This document shows, piece after piece, positions 1 through 12,682 of a DNA stretch of 21,473 nucleotides. Position numbers and translations under genes: made by a program. The notes beneath the pieces are model-generated. The model was not told where the DNA came from. It ran no database searches and was given only the letters and a program-made list of their open reading frames with translations. Each line of letters opens with the position of its first letter. Positions within the stretch are counted from its first letter, which is position 1. This DNA is from Tubiluchus corallicola (lineage: Eukaryota > Animalia > Priapulida): the NCBI GenBank assembly GCA_030141605.1, contig JAQGDQ010001907.1, forward strand, positions 1 to 21,473. The letters run 5' to 3'.

Positions 1-689
1 TTATTTAAATTCATGTAACTTACATCGCTGGCTCTTCGTCAAGATTTAAAATTTCTCAAGGTACAAATTTGGTAATAGCTAAAAAGCTGTTATTAACTAT
101 AACACAATAACATACAGACTATCATTCTTCTCCTCTGTCTTATTTCGCAGAGTTTTAGCACCTTCCAATAAGAAGTGTCGTTATGTATATTGTAGTTACA
201 ATTTGTATGTATTTTATTTTGTTTTTTTTAGATTAATATTTGTTATATAAAAATTATACAAAAAAGGTAATTAGATGCAGATATTTGATAATTATAAGAC
301 ATTGTACTTCCAAAACTCCTCTTTTATAATTTAAACTAACCTATCCTCTTTATGTACACTTTTTAACTTATATATATAGTTTTATAATCTGCATCACTAA
401 TCTGCTTTTGTATAGTACTTTATGTATTATTCTTAATCTAAAAAAACAAATAAGATACATACAAATTGTAACTGCAATATGCATAACGACACTTCTTTAT
501 TGGAAGGTGCTGCCCTCTACGAGCAGCGCAGAGAGAAAAAGACAGGAGGAGAACAATGAGGGTCGCGTTTTTATTTACAGCAATGTTTTTTGTCGTTATT
601 GTGTTATAGTTAATAACAGCGTTTAGTTATAACCAAATTTGTACCTTGAGAAATTTTAAATCTTGACGAAGACCCATGAATTTAAATAA
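1..689. mobile_element. Long imperfect palindrome (foldback/MITE-like element); left end runs off the window
   Basis: About 1-290 is the reverse complement of about 385-689. Examples: tcttcgtcaagatttaaaatttctcaaggtacaaatttgg / ccaaatttgtaccttgagaaattttaaatcttgacgaaga, and agcaccttccaataa / ttattggaaggtgct. The spacer is about 90 bp. Confidence 0.8.
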
Positions 690-1173
690 TTTAATTAAGT
701 TTATGAATTTGTTCTCTGAAATTTGAGAAAGTACTTTTACCAATAAGTTGACTTCTTAATTATTAAGCTTCTGTTTATCATTCTATTTATTTTTCTTACT
801 TGTTAATGTTCTCTTTATTATTCTCTTTAGAATAAAGACTTTGGAACATGAATGAAATAGTGAAGGTTTTTTGTACATAAAACAAATACTTATACATAAA
901 CAAACACATACACATAGAAAGTTAGCAGGTGTAACACAATGCATAATATAACAATTAAATGATAGCAATAACTGTCTTCAAATTTATCATAAATACATAA
1001 AAGGGAACGTAAGGTCTGATCACATTAAAACGTTTAGTACTCCTAATGTAATTTTGCACACAATGAAAGATTTTACACTTAACAAGCAATCTTGAAATCG
1101 TCACTTCCATCAACATACAATGGCAACAATTCACTACTATTATAATGTAAAATATTTAAAAGCAATACTATGT

Positions 1174-1416
1174 TATTTTAATGTTAGTACTGGCCTGAGA
1201 CAAGGCAGCAGTCTGTCACCCAACTTGTTTTGTGTATATGTTGATTAACTTACTGGAAGGTTGAGTAAATTGAATGGGTGTTTCCTCGGCAAACAATCAT
1301 TAAATCATATCTTGTATGCTGATGATTTGCATTTATTTGCGCCATCTGGTGTACGTTTACAAAAGCTGTATAAAGTTTTCTGCTGATTCTGCTATTGAGA
1401 GCAGCATAACGTTTAA
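1174..1416 (+). pseudogene. Non-LTR retrotransposon reverse transcriptase relic (RTE-X-like)
   Basis: Translates YFNVSTGLRQGSSLSPNLFCVYVD*LTGRLSKLNGCFLGKQSLNHILYADDLHLFAPSGVRLQKL, containing the RT QG..LSP and YADD motifs. There is an in-frame TAA at 1246-1248 and a probable frameshift near 1380. The clade call is from motif recall. Confidence 0.85.
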
Positions 1417-1433
1417 AACAAAACCGGACCCAA
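1413..1433 (+). mobile_element. Terminus of a TTAA-anchored DNA element (Kolobok-like family end)
   Basis: TTAAAACAAAACCGGACCCAA matches the ends TTAAAGCAAAACCGGACCCAA at 14329, a variant at 14188, and reverse copies near 16898 and 20615. It starts where RT homology stops. Confidence 0.55.
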
Positions 1434-2404
1434 AGTTGCTGGGTTTACATGAGGAAACATTTTGGTTTTCATCGCTGAATGTTTAATTAACCTGCCTCTA
1501 GATGGCAGCAGAACGCCATTTTAATGCTGCTTTCTCACTACTGTGCACAGTTGTGGATACTACACCAAGCCAAGCGCATTAGAAACAGAAATATTCATGC
1601 AAATACACGATTTTTGATTATCTATCGTTTATTTAATCGATTATCTATCGATTATTTATCGTTTAAAGAGGTCTTTCCCAAACTTTTGCATTTAAAATTC
1701 TGAGTTTAGATTACTTTGTGTTTTTTTGCATTCTTCTGATCAACGCAAAGCTGAGATGACAAATGTGATACCGAGTGCGTCATTATGATTATGGCACACT
1801 AAGAAAAATCCGTTTCTACCTCTTTTGCTAAACCCACGTCTCAAATTACTAAATTTTAATTACAATGTTTTAAACTGCTGTATTTGTCTGAAAAGGTTAA
1901 GCATCCAAATTGCTTTGACAAAAGCTTTTATACAATTATTGGTCTGCCGCAATAAGCATGTGCTGCCATCTAACTTACACAAAATTAAATATTAGATGCG
2001 GTGCCCAAACTGGCTGCAACCAGTGCACATTTAATTAGTTTACATTTAAAAAGCTAGTTACAGATAAATATATATGATTATGTAATTCAGATGATATATA
2101 TAGTATAATATATATATATATGTCTATACACGTATACAAAACATTTTGTAATAATCATGTATGTAAAGACAAAATAATATTAGTTACATATTTGCGCTAC
2201 CATGATAACATGATCACAGAAGAAAACGTTACTGCAATATTTCAATAAACCAAGAAAAATTGATTTGTCAAAGATCAATTGAAGAAATTTGGCTTGATTA
2301 CAATTGCAAAAATTTTCATGCTCATCGCAGTCTAAGTAACTAAACTGCGGTGTACAAAAACAAGGCACAGATTATTATAAATGGAATTCATGTGTCAGAT
2401 ATTA

Positions 2405-2760
2405 ACTTGAAATAGAACAGGAAATTATAACTGTTTGTGGTGTAAAACACAGATAGGTGATGAAAGATTTATTTACAATAAATAGAGAAAACACGAATAT
2501 TAACTAGGTCTCAATTTCATGTTTGAATGAAATAGAATCGGCATTTATAACTGTTTGTAGTGTATAACACTACCCGGTGCAAGAACATTTATTGACGAAA
2601 AATAGTAAAAACACGAATATTTACTAGATCTCAATTTCATGTTTCGTTAAAATAGAAATGGAATTTGTAACTGCTTGTGGTGTATAACACTACGCGGTGC
2701 AAGAAGATTTATTCACAGTGAATACCGAATACGCGGATATTAAATAGTTCTAATTTCATG
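2405..2760. repeat. Minisatellite, 120-bp unit, about 3 diverged copies
   Basis: The anchor aatagaa recurs at 2411, 2531 and 2651, with shared ctg(t/c)ttgt(g/a)gtgta(t/a)aacac and aatttcatg. Confidence 0.85.
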
Positions 2761-3039
2761 ATATTTTGTACAAAAGCATAGGCGTCAAAAAAGTATTAAC
2801 ACTTTAATATGTTACTTAAAATGACATTTTTATGCAAATATTGCTTAACTGGTGCTTGGATAAAAGTGTTAAATGACTAACTATTTTATGATTTATCGTC
2901 TTGGTCTAAAAAGTTGTAGAGGTGTTTTTATTTCAATGTAATACTATTCCTCCTTTGTCCGTATTTATTTTCTGTTCTGCTGGCCGTTAACGGAAACGGT
3001 AAAACAAGTAAAACTGCATGAGAACTGTACGGCTGTGAT

Positions 3040-3270
3040 AGCAGACATTAGCAATGCTAATGTCAGAGCAAGCGTGCGCATTAGCTGAGAGCTGGTCTGT
3101 AATCCTAATGAATAAAACAAGTAAGATGGGAGCAGGAAGCCATGCAGGGGAGGGGATTAGGATGTGACGCTGGTGGCCCTGCTACTTTAGCACTCAATTA
3201 AGCACACCAAGCAGTGCGTTTGCCACCGAGGGATTTCATCTCAATGCATTAATGTCACGTTAACTGCCTT
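3040..3270. promoter_or_regulatory. Candidate downstream enhancer with K50 homeodomain sites
   Basis: GC-elevated unique island with TAATCC (3100-3105), GGATTA (3154-3159) and several TAAT cores. Motif match only. Confidence 0.35.
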
Positions 3271-3424
3271 CAAGGGCTGCCTCTAAAAGCTTGTGTAGGG
3301 AAGTCGTTTGTTATCTTTGCTCGTATTTGTCAATTGTCTGTAGCGCTTGTACGAAATTAGCTGTAGCGTTTTCAAGCAGGCACCTCGGGGGTTGGAGTTA
3401 GATAAACAACAAGTGGAGGGATGG

Positions 3425-3669
<245 letters not shown>

Positions 3670-3917
3670 TTTACCTGTCACCAACGAAATAGACGAAATA
3701 AATAACTACACATTATATTTAATGTGTGTTTATAAGATTAATTGGAAGAATATGTGAAAACTAACGATATTTTTATGTACGATCATTGTCATTTTTATAA
3801 ATTGTTTATTTCTTTCTGTTTTGTGTTTTATACTAACTTTTCCTTGTTATATTTTGTGCATATGAATATATGTGCTGTATGTGTGTGTAATAAATAAAAT
3901 GATAATAATAATATTAA

Positions 3918-4303
<386 letters not shown>

Positions 4304-4699
4304 CATTAATTACAATAATTTGGCAGTCCAAAATCCTGTTTTGGTAATCACGTTTGGTAGACCTTCTGCTGTAAGCTTTTTTTAAATACGGGACCTGGAA
4401 TTTTTATATAATACTTTAGGGCCTCGCCGAATTTAGCCCTGTAGGGTTGACTTTTTCTGGAACTTTTACTACTGTAATTCCAGCTGGCACTTGTTGTGTG
4501 TAACAGCTAACACGCTACAATCACTTTTGGCATCTTCCTGCATTTAAAGACACACAAAGTTTTGCGTTATACACAATACACAGATCGGCAGCGCGCGCTA
4601 AGCTGGTTGATTGACGTTTTATGTTTTTTGAAGCCCCACTTACCTGAGGGCTGCTAAAGGAAAAAATCTGTGTTCATGGCTGTGATATTTGGAATATAT

Positions 4700-4780
4700 T
4701 TAAAATTTGATTTTTTAGCATTTTTTAAATCTAGTAAAAAATAGCAGATCTATTACTAAATTTAAAAAATCAAATTTTAA
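4700..4780. repeat. AT-rich inverted repeat (18-bp perfect arms)
   Basis: ttaaaatttgatttttta (4700-4717) / taaaaaatcaaattttaa (4763-4780), plus a nested 17-bp pair (4721-4737 / 4753-4769) with one mismatch. Confidence 0.7.
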
Positions 4781-5029
4781 GTAAGTATCAGTGAGTAATC
4801 AAAATTTCTATCAGTATTCATCCTCACAGTAGTTGCAAAACAGTGGTGTTAGCTTAATCAAGTTATTTTAATTTTACATACTATTAACAAATAATAGTCT
4901 TTCTATCTTTTATATCATCCCATATATGAGCTTCATTCATTACATCATTCCATTTTAAGCACTAATGTTTTTTTTATCTCGATTCACTTTACATTTTCAG
5001 ATTATTTCCATTACATTTTTTCTATCAGT

Positions 5030-5157
5030 GTGTGGGACAATCTAACGAGCCCTGTTTTTTCTTATTTGTATTATATCCATTGTAGGCCCTTTCACTAAAT
5101 ATCGTACATGAAACTATTGTAAATGTGTAATGTGAAATAAATGACTTATGACTTATA
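5030..5157 (+). mobile_element. Possible LINE 3' end
   Basis: AATAAA is immediately followed by a short tandem tail (tgactta)x2, the layout typical of non-LTR 3' termini. No ORF support. Confidence 0.35.
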
Positions 5158-5217
5158 TATTCTTTGATTGGAATAACTTAAAAAGCTTATGTATGCTTAT
5201 TGTTGACGTTTTCGTTC

Positions 5218-5788
5218 ACTTGTAAACAATGGTCCCTCTTCTAAGCGGCGACGTTTTCACAGTAAATTCTTTAAAGGAAAAGAACACAATTTTCTAGTCA
5301 AAAGTTTGCATTGACTTGTAAACACTGGTCTTTCTTCTAAGCGGCGACGTTTTCACAGTAAATTCTTTAAAGGAAAAGAACACAATTTTCTAGTCAAAAA
5401 TTTGCATTGACTTGTAAACACTGGTCTTTCTTCTACGCGGCGACGTTTTCACAGTAAATTCTTTAAAGGAAAAGAACACAATTTTCTAGTCAAAAATTTG
5501 CATTGACTTGTAAACACTGGTCTTTCTTCTACGCGGGCAACGTTTTCACAGTAAATTCTTTAAAGGAAAAGAACCCAATTTTCTAGTCAAAAATTTGCAT
5601 TGACTTGTAAACACTGCTCTTTCTTCTACGCGGCGACGTCTTCACAGTAAATTCTTTAAAGGAAAAGAACCCAATTTTCTGGTCAAAAATTTGCATTGAC
5701 TTATAAACACTAAACCCTCTTTTGCGCAGGCAAAGTTTTCACAGTAAATTCTTTAAAGGAAAAGAACACAATTTTTGTAGTAAAAAAA
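5218..5788. repeat. Minisatellite, 96-bp unit, about 6 copies, high identity
   Basis: The actt(g/a)taaac anchor recurs at 5218, 5314, 5410, 5506, 5603 and 5699. Confidence 0.95.
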
Positions 5789-6096
5789 TCTTAGATTTTT
5801 CACCGTTACAATTCGAAGGCAAAATGATTAAAATCGGTTTATCGTCACTTGTTTTCAGCCGAGCTACACAATGACGTAAACAATTTATTTCTTTAAGTAG
5901 AACTATAAGTTAATTGCGAGCTATTGGTCTTGGTTCTTGTTAGCTACGAATACACACAGAAAGTAGCGACAAGAAAATATATATTTGTATATTTATCTAT
6001 CTATCTATCTACTATATATCGTAAAATCATCCTGCCTTCCTTCACCTGAGAAACGTTTTTGGAACCTAGCGCGACCCACTGTATTCACTGGAACAG

Positions 6097-6649
6097 TTTC
6101 AGTTTCAGGCCATCTTTAGTAAACAAGAAAGCACTGGTTTTTATTTCAGTTTCAGGTCATCTTTAATAAACAAGAAAGCACTGGTTTTTATTTCAGTTTT
6201 AGGTCATCTTTAATAAACAAGAAAGCATTGTTTTTTATTTTAGTTTAAGGCTATCTTTAATGAACAAGAAAACATTGTTTTAACGTTTCAATTTTAGGCC
6301 ATTTTAATAAACAAGATAGCATTGTTTTTATTTTACTTTAAGGCTATCTATAATGAACAAGAAAACATTTTTTCAGTTTGAGGCCATCTTTATTAAACAA
6401 GAAAGCATTGTTTTTTCGTTTCAGTTTCAGGCTATCTTTAACAAACAAGAAGGCATTGTTTTTTCAGTTACAGGCTATCTTTAATGAACAAGAAGACATT
6501 GTTTTTTATTTCAGTTTCAGGCCATCTTTAATAAACAAGAAAACATTGTTTTAACGTTTCAGTTTCAGGCCATCTTTAATAAACAAGAAAACATTGTTTT
6601 AAGGTTTCAGTTCCAGGCCATCTTTAATAAACAAGAAAGCATTGTTTTT
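6097..6649. repeat. Minisatellite, ~47-bp unit, about 12 copies
   Basis: Consensus is tttcagtttcaggccatctttaataaacaagaaagcattgttttta. I counted 12 aacaaga anchors. Confidence 0.95.
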
Positions 6650-6739
6650 CTCGTGTGGATGTGCTCTCTTTTTATGTGACCTTGTTTCAATGAATACCAC
6701 ACGTTATGCTTTTTTAACTGACAAAAAATCAATAACTCA

Positions 6740-8435
6740 GTCTTGCCAACAAATAGTTTTTTATTTTGAAATAATATACAGGACTGAAGAAGACATTTAT
6801 TTCATATATTAGATTTGAGTAGCATTACGTCATTTCAGAATACTCAAATATTATAAACATATATAATACACATAATATAAAAACGTCATGACTTTGCCTA
6901 TAATTAAAATAACACAGCCCTAAATTACTTTGAACTTATATTTAAGCTCGTAATTAAAGTACGAAAGTAACAAGAGATAATTTATTTATGTGGTCGGAGC
7001 TTTACTATGCGCCGCTCGGATTACTTTGGTTACTAAAGAATGGACAAAATTCATTTGCTTTGACTCACTGAGAAAGAATTTTAAAACATGCGCTTTCTTC
7101 ACGAAGATAAAGTTAAAAATTAAAGAAATTTGTAAACACAGATTTTAAACTCCAAACAGAGAATAAACAGAATGAAATCCTAAAGATTTCCGCTATTTCT
7201 TAAGCCAGTATAAATATCATTACTATCCTCAACATACAGTAATAGTAATTGTAACATGAAGTAACTTCGTTGCCTGTTTTTCTGAGGAACAACTAATAAA
7301 TAAAATGGCATTTACAGATACAAAATTTTCTGTATAAAGGAAACAAAAAAAGAAGGATACTTGTTGATAAACTAAATATTCACGACATTTTGATGTTATT
7401 CGTTAAAAATTGAATCATTTTCTACATCCAGGCCAAGTTCTACATGAACTACAAGGTATCAGGAAATGACAGCGCCACCTATACTTAAAAATAATCAAAA
7501 ATAGATGTAAATATTTATATTTATCATCATGTTTCTTTTCAATGTGTTTTAAGATTCTTTCCACTCATTCTTGTTAGAGATAAAAAGCCAGTGAAGTTCA
7601 CGTGTCCCGAAGAAGCCATCCCAATTGATTTGAGAAGCCATCATGAATCGTACCATTGTCCATTTATGACTCTCACAGCTGTGAATGATGGCTATTCTAC
7701 GTGTCTTCACTTAGATGCTCTTTCTCAAGGCTTTGTCAGTTTTTATCTATTCCTTTCAGTTTATTCTTTTCATTGGGGAGGGGGGCAGTCATCTCCTGAC
7801 ACTTGTTGCTCGTTTAAAATCTTACAGTATTAGAAGACATATAAAACAGCATACTCACTTGCACAAAATTCAATAACAACGACCTTTACAACACTTTCTT
7901 TACAGCAGCTATGTACAATTTTATATTATAATTTCATGTAGATTGTAACTACTGATTGTCTATAAGTTACAACAAGTGCAACTGGCATTAACATGGATGT
8001 ATAAATAAAATACAGTATGCGAAAGTTGCACAATACAGAACCCTGCATTATATACATCACACGCAAGAGGTTCCTGGAAGGTGGCGACTTCTACAGGAGC
8101 ACTGAAAACTCATTGTTAGAAATGTCGTCATCAGCGTTCTGCTAGACCATAGACTTCAGTTCCATGATAAATTGTTAGAATTTATCACTATGGCATTAAA
8201 TATTACTCTTGCTGGTGATTACTCAGTGAAAGATTAAAAAACTCACTTGATGTTGTCATGGACGTTACCTCACTAGGTGACACTTTCAGCAAATTCGCTG
8301 GCAGACATTGAGAAATTGACATGTGGCGCCCTCTGTTGACTATATTAAGAAACCTCTGTTGCTGCGGTAGAATTAACTTTGTCATGGACACGAACGTGGT
8401 GCTTTTCTGGCACTATTGCAGAAGTATGATCATAT
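6740..8435 (-). other. Otx: Probable Otx 3'UTR
   Basis: Repeat-free sequence after the stop codon. Minus-strand AATAAA occurs at 7760-7765, 6981-6986, 6796-6801 and 6760-6765. The 3' end is inferred. Confidence 0.55.
6760..6765 (-). promoter_or_regulatory. Candidate polyadenylation signal
   Basis: AATAAA on the minus strand, followed about 20 nt later by a GU/U-rich tract (gttattgattttttgtc), just before the minisatellite block. Confidence 0.45.
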
Positions 8436-8990
8436 TTACAAGACTTGAAACTTCCACGATGTCTCGTCGCCATATTTGAGACAGTCGTTGCTCCCTGGTA
8501 TGGACCCCGTTCGCGACTGGTGGGTCAAACCTGTGTGGGTCATGTGAGGTGACATATTCTGCACCGTGGCGCCAATCTGATTGAGCGAGGTAACTGGGGG
8601 AAGTTGTGGCATGGTTGCTTGAAGATAGTCCATATTGCCGTAGTATGAAGCAGGACCGTAGTTCTGGCTTGGGTAATGGCATCCTCCACCTTGTGAATTT
8701 GACATGGGGTAAGATGGCCGCTGCATGCAGCTGCTGCTGAGTGGATCTGGAGTGATTGATGCGGGGCTCCATATGGGCCCGGCGCCGGTGGGCAACATGG
8801 GCCCTACTCCGGTTATGACGGGCGTTTTATAGGAGCTTTCTGATAACGATGATCGTGTCGTTGTAGTCGATGTGTTTGTTGATGAGCTGCTCGGGGTTGA
8901 AGGTGATTTGGATTTTTTTGGTCGAGTTTTACTTTGCCCGCCATTTTGAGCCTGCTGCCTGCACTTGGCCCGTCTGTTTTTAAACCACAC
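8436..8990 (-). CDS. Otx: Otx/orthodenticle terminal coding exon (homeodomain helix 3, WSP motif, Otx tail)
   Basis: Translates VWFKNRRAKCRQQ (K50), PIWSPASI, YYGNMDYL and DCLKYGDETSWKFQVL-stop (TAA 8436-8438). The acceptor is tatttttcAG|GTG (AG at 8991-8992). The 'M' in the ORF track is actually Val (GTG) after the splice. Confidence 0.97.
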   Translation of the reverse strand: MWFKNRRAKCRQQAQNGGQSKTRPKKSKSPSTPSSSSTNTSTTTTRSSLSESSYKTPVITGVGPMLPTGAGPIWSPASITPDPLSSSCMQRPSYPMSNSQGGGCHYPSQNYGPASYYGNMDYLQATMPQLPPVTSLNQIGATVQNMSPHMTHTGLTHQSRTGSIPGSNDCLKYGDETSWKFQVL

Positions 8991-9126
8991 CTGAAAAATA
9001 ATGTCAAATGAATTAAAAAATCAAAACAAAAAAATTATTTTTCATACACCATGCTGTGAACGCGAAAAAACAGAAGAAAAACTCCAAAAATTATAAATCC
9101 ACGATTAAAATACAAACTGTCAGTAT

Positions 9127-9795
<669 letters not shown>

Positions 9796-10930
9796 CAGCA
9801 ATTACCATTATTACTTTTATTAAATTCTGTTTCTCACGTATAAAAAACAGACAAACACATTACATGGTTAGACTTTTACTATAAAATCTCAACGTTTAAC
9901 AAACTATCTCTCTAGCGTTCCTTGCATAATGACTGGGCAAAGATAATGATTATTTGACTGTAATTACTTTCGTGTAACATGTTTATTTTCAGAGATGTCA
10001 AGCAGAAATAATGGCGCACCGATGAAAAAGAGCCTTTTCTACGGCAAACATATATTTGCTAGTCGGGACAATTTTTCTTGATATCATAACAAATTACTGT
10101 TCTTATTTATCAAGTAATTATATTGCTACTGATAATGACGTTTATATGACGGTCTCATGATTCTTGCCACCTGTCTTATGTCCGCCCCAGAGAAAACTCT
10201 TCAAAATAATGAGCCCAATAGTTGAACCGGGTCTGTGGTCATGGCCACGTTCACAACTCTACTAGGCGTGGTATGCTTTTTGTAAATAATAGTTTCATCT
10301 GCCGAGTTTCATATACACACGCAGAGCAAGAAATAATGATTGTGTGACTGAATGATGATTGTAGAAGACGAATAATGATATTCGTGATTGTTCCATCGTC
10401 TGCACATATGAGTAAACACAGTAACACGCGAGCTATTCTGGAAGATAACTACTTTGAAACGGTGCGCCCAGGAATTTAGGAAATTATAACTGCTTGGGAA
10501 TTTTTTGTTGGGGTCGCTGTAAGCATCTTGAATGATAGAAAACCACCGAGACAGGGGGGGGGGATGAGTGAATGAATAATATCTCGTGTCGCAAAAATGA
10601 ATATTGTTTTATTATTTAATTTTAGAAAAGTTATTTAAATACTGCCACACAGACAAACGCACAAGCGCTCACACACACATGCACGCAGCGAGTTTTCTGT
10701 TGCAGTTTTGCCAAAAAACTAGTCGAAACTTTTGGCACCGCCCCCCCCGTCCCACGATTGTTTCTTGTAAGTAATTTGTTTAGATGATTATCTTTTGAGC
10801 TCAGAGAGGCACATTTCACTGAAAACATTTTTTCCTGTCTACGTTGTCTGACCAATTCTGGAACAAATTTCATTTACTCTGGTAAGAATTTCTGAGGCCT
10901 TTAGGACATATTCAGTGAGATTCCTTATAT

Positions 10931-11985
10931 TTGCTTCCAGTGAACAATGATTCGTTTATGTACATTAATAATTTTAAGAACCTACGTTTAAATTTTCTAT
11001 CGAATTTTTGCAAGAAATTCATTGATTTAGCCTTGTGTATTTCTGGCGCCTTTAAACCAGATACAACGCGTTTCGTTTATTATTGCTTCTAGTGGTCAAT
11101 GATTATTCGTTTATTTACACGAATAATTTTGAGAACCTACGCTTAAATTACGTTTGGAATTTTTGGTAGAAATTCATTGATTTAGAAAAAAGAGTTGGTG
11201 CCTTCAAGACGGATACAGTACGAGTCCTTTCTGATTGCTTCTAGTGAATTATGATTATTCGTTTATTTACATGAATAATTCCGAGAACTTATTGCTAAAT
11301 TCTGTAGCGATTTTTTTCAAAAAATTTTTTGATTTAGGAGAACAAATTCTGGCACTTTCAAGACAGATACACTATTCTGTTCCGTTCTGATTGCTTCTAG
11401 TGAACAATGATTATTCGTTAATTTACATTAATAATTTTAAGAACCTAGGTTTAAATTTTCTAGCGAATTTTTGCGAGAAATTCATTGATTTAGCCTGGGG
11501 TATTTCTAGCGCCTTTAAGCCAGATACAACATGTTTCGTTTTTTATTGCTTCTAGTGGTCAATGATTATTCGTTGATTTACATGAATAATTTTGAGAACC
11601 TACGCTTAAATTCTGTAGAGATTTTTTTCAAGAAATTTTTGATTTAGGAGAACAAATTCTGGCACTTTCAAGACTGATACACTATAATTCCGTTCCGATT
11701 GCTTCTAGTAAACAATGATTATTCGTTTATTTACACGAATAATTTTAAGAACCTGCGCCTAAGTTCTGTAGGGATTTTTTTGAAGAAATTCGTTCGTTTA
11801 AGGAGAACAAATTCTGGCACCTTCAAGACAAATACAGTATAATTCCTTTCTGATTGCTTCCAGTGAACAACGATTATTCGTTTATTTACATGAATAATTT
11901 TAAGAACATACGCTTAAATTCTGTAGGGATTTTTTTGAAGAAATTCATTCGTTTGGGAGAAGAATTTCGGGCGTCTTCAAGAAGA
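10931..11985. repeat. Intronic satellite, 152-156-bp unit, about 7 copies
   Basis: The ttgcttc(c/t)agt anchor recurs at 10931, 11083, 11235, 11391, 11546, 11699 and 11854. Confidence 0.95.
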
Positions 11986-12682
11986 CTGCACTGCAGAATA
12001 AGATTGGTTTTGCCGTTGTTTTCTCCTCCCGTGTAACAAACGCTGTCTTTATGCTCAAACTGGTTTGCTGTATTTGCTCTGACAAGAAGGCAACATTCTC
12101 ACAACATGGCGGTTTTCTGACTAAGGACATCAGACTGTTTCCACTCCAGCTTTATGAAAACATGCCTCTCTGTAGTTTGCGTGCACTGTCAAATAATTGT
12201 CTGAACGCTGTAGGTTTGTATCAGTAAAATTTGCCCGGGGTAGGTATAAAATTTTGATAGAACACCAACGGTTATACGTCACAAATTGATCCAAATACGA
12301 AAATGAGACTATATTGTCTGAAAATAGTCACTCGACGGCTTCTAAAGTATTTAGGCTTGTGTTGCCATGTTTATTATAATTGGGTAATCTAGTTTTATTT
12401 TAGTTCAACAATTTATTTTGCATACACTAACAACAAGCTTCAAGTAATTTAGATATTGATAACAAATATATCTTTCTTTACTAACACAATTTTTATTACA
12501 AGTTAATGGGACTCATATTTATTAAACAAAGCTGCTAGTAGCGTCATTCGATTTGCCAAATTAATTGTCGCACAAATAGGGGTGGTTGCTAGGTGACCTC
12601 TTGATCCCCCCCGTTTTAATGTAATGTTTATCATCTTAAAGAAACATTGTATATTATTATATGTGTAACATTGAATGAGACG

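Noticed and set aside
5218-6649. Regularly spaced repeats resembling CRISPR arrays
   Set aside because: Head-to-tail units with no unique spacers, no cas genes, and a eukaryotic context.
8413-9007. Alternative-frame ORFs 8413-8772 and 8813-9007
   Set aside because: Shadows of the GC-richer Otx exon, with no recognisable motifs.
10215-10270. Possible degraded tRNA-SINE (minus-strand GGTTCAACT)
   Set aside because: Only a partial B-box, with no T-stem or body homology.
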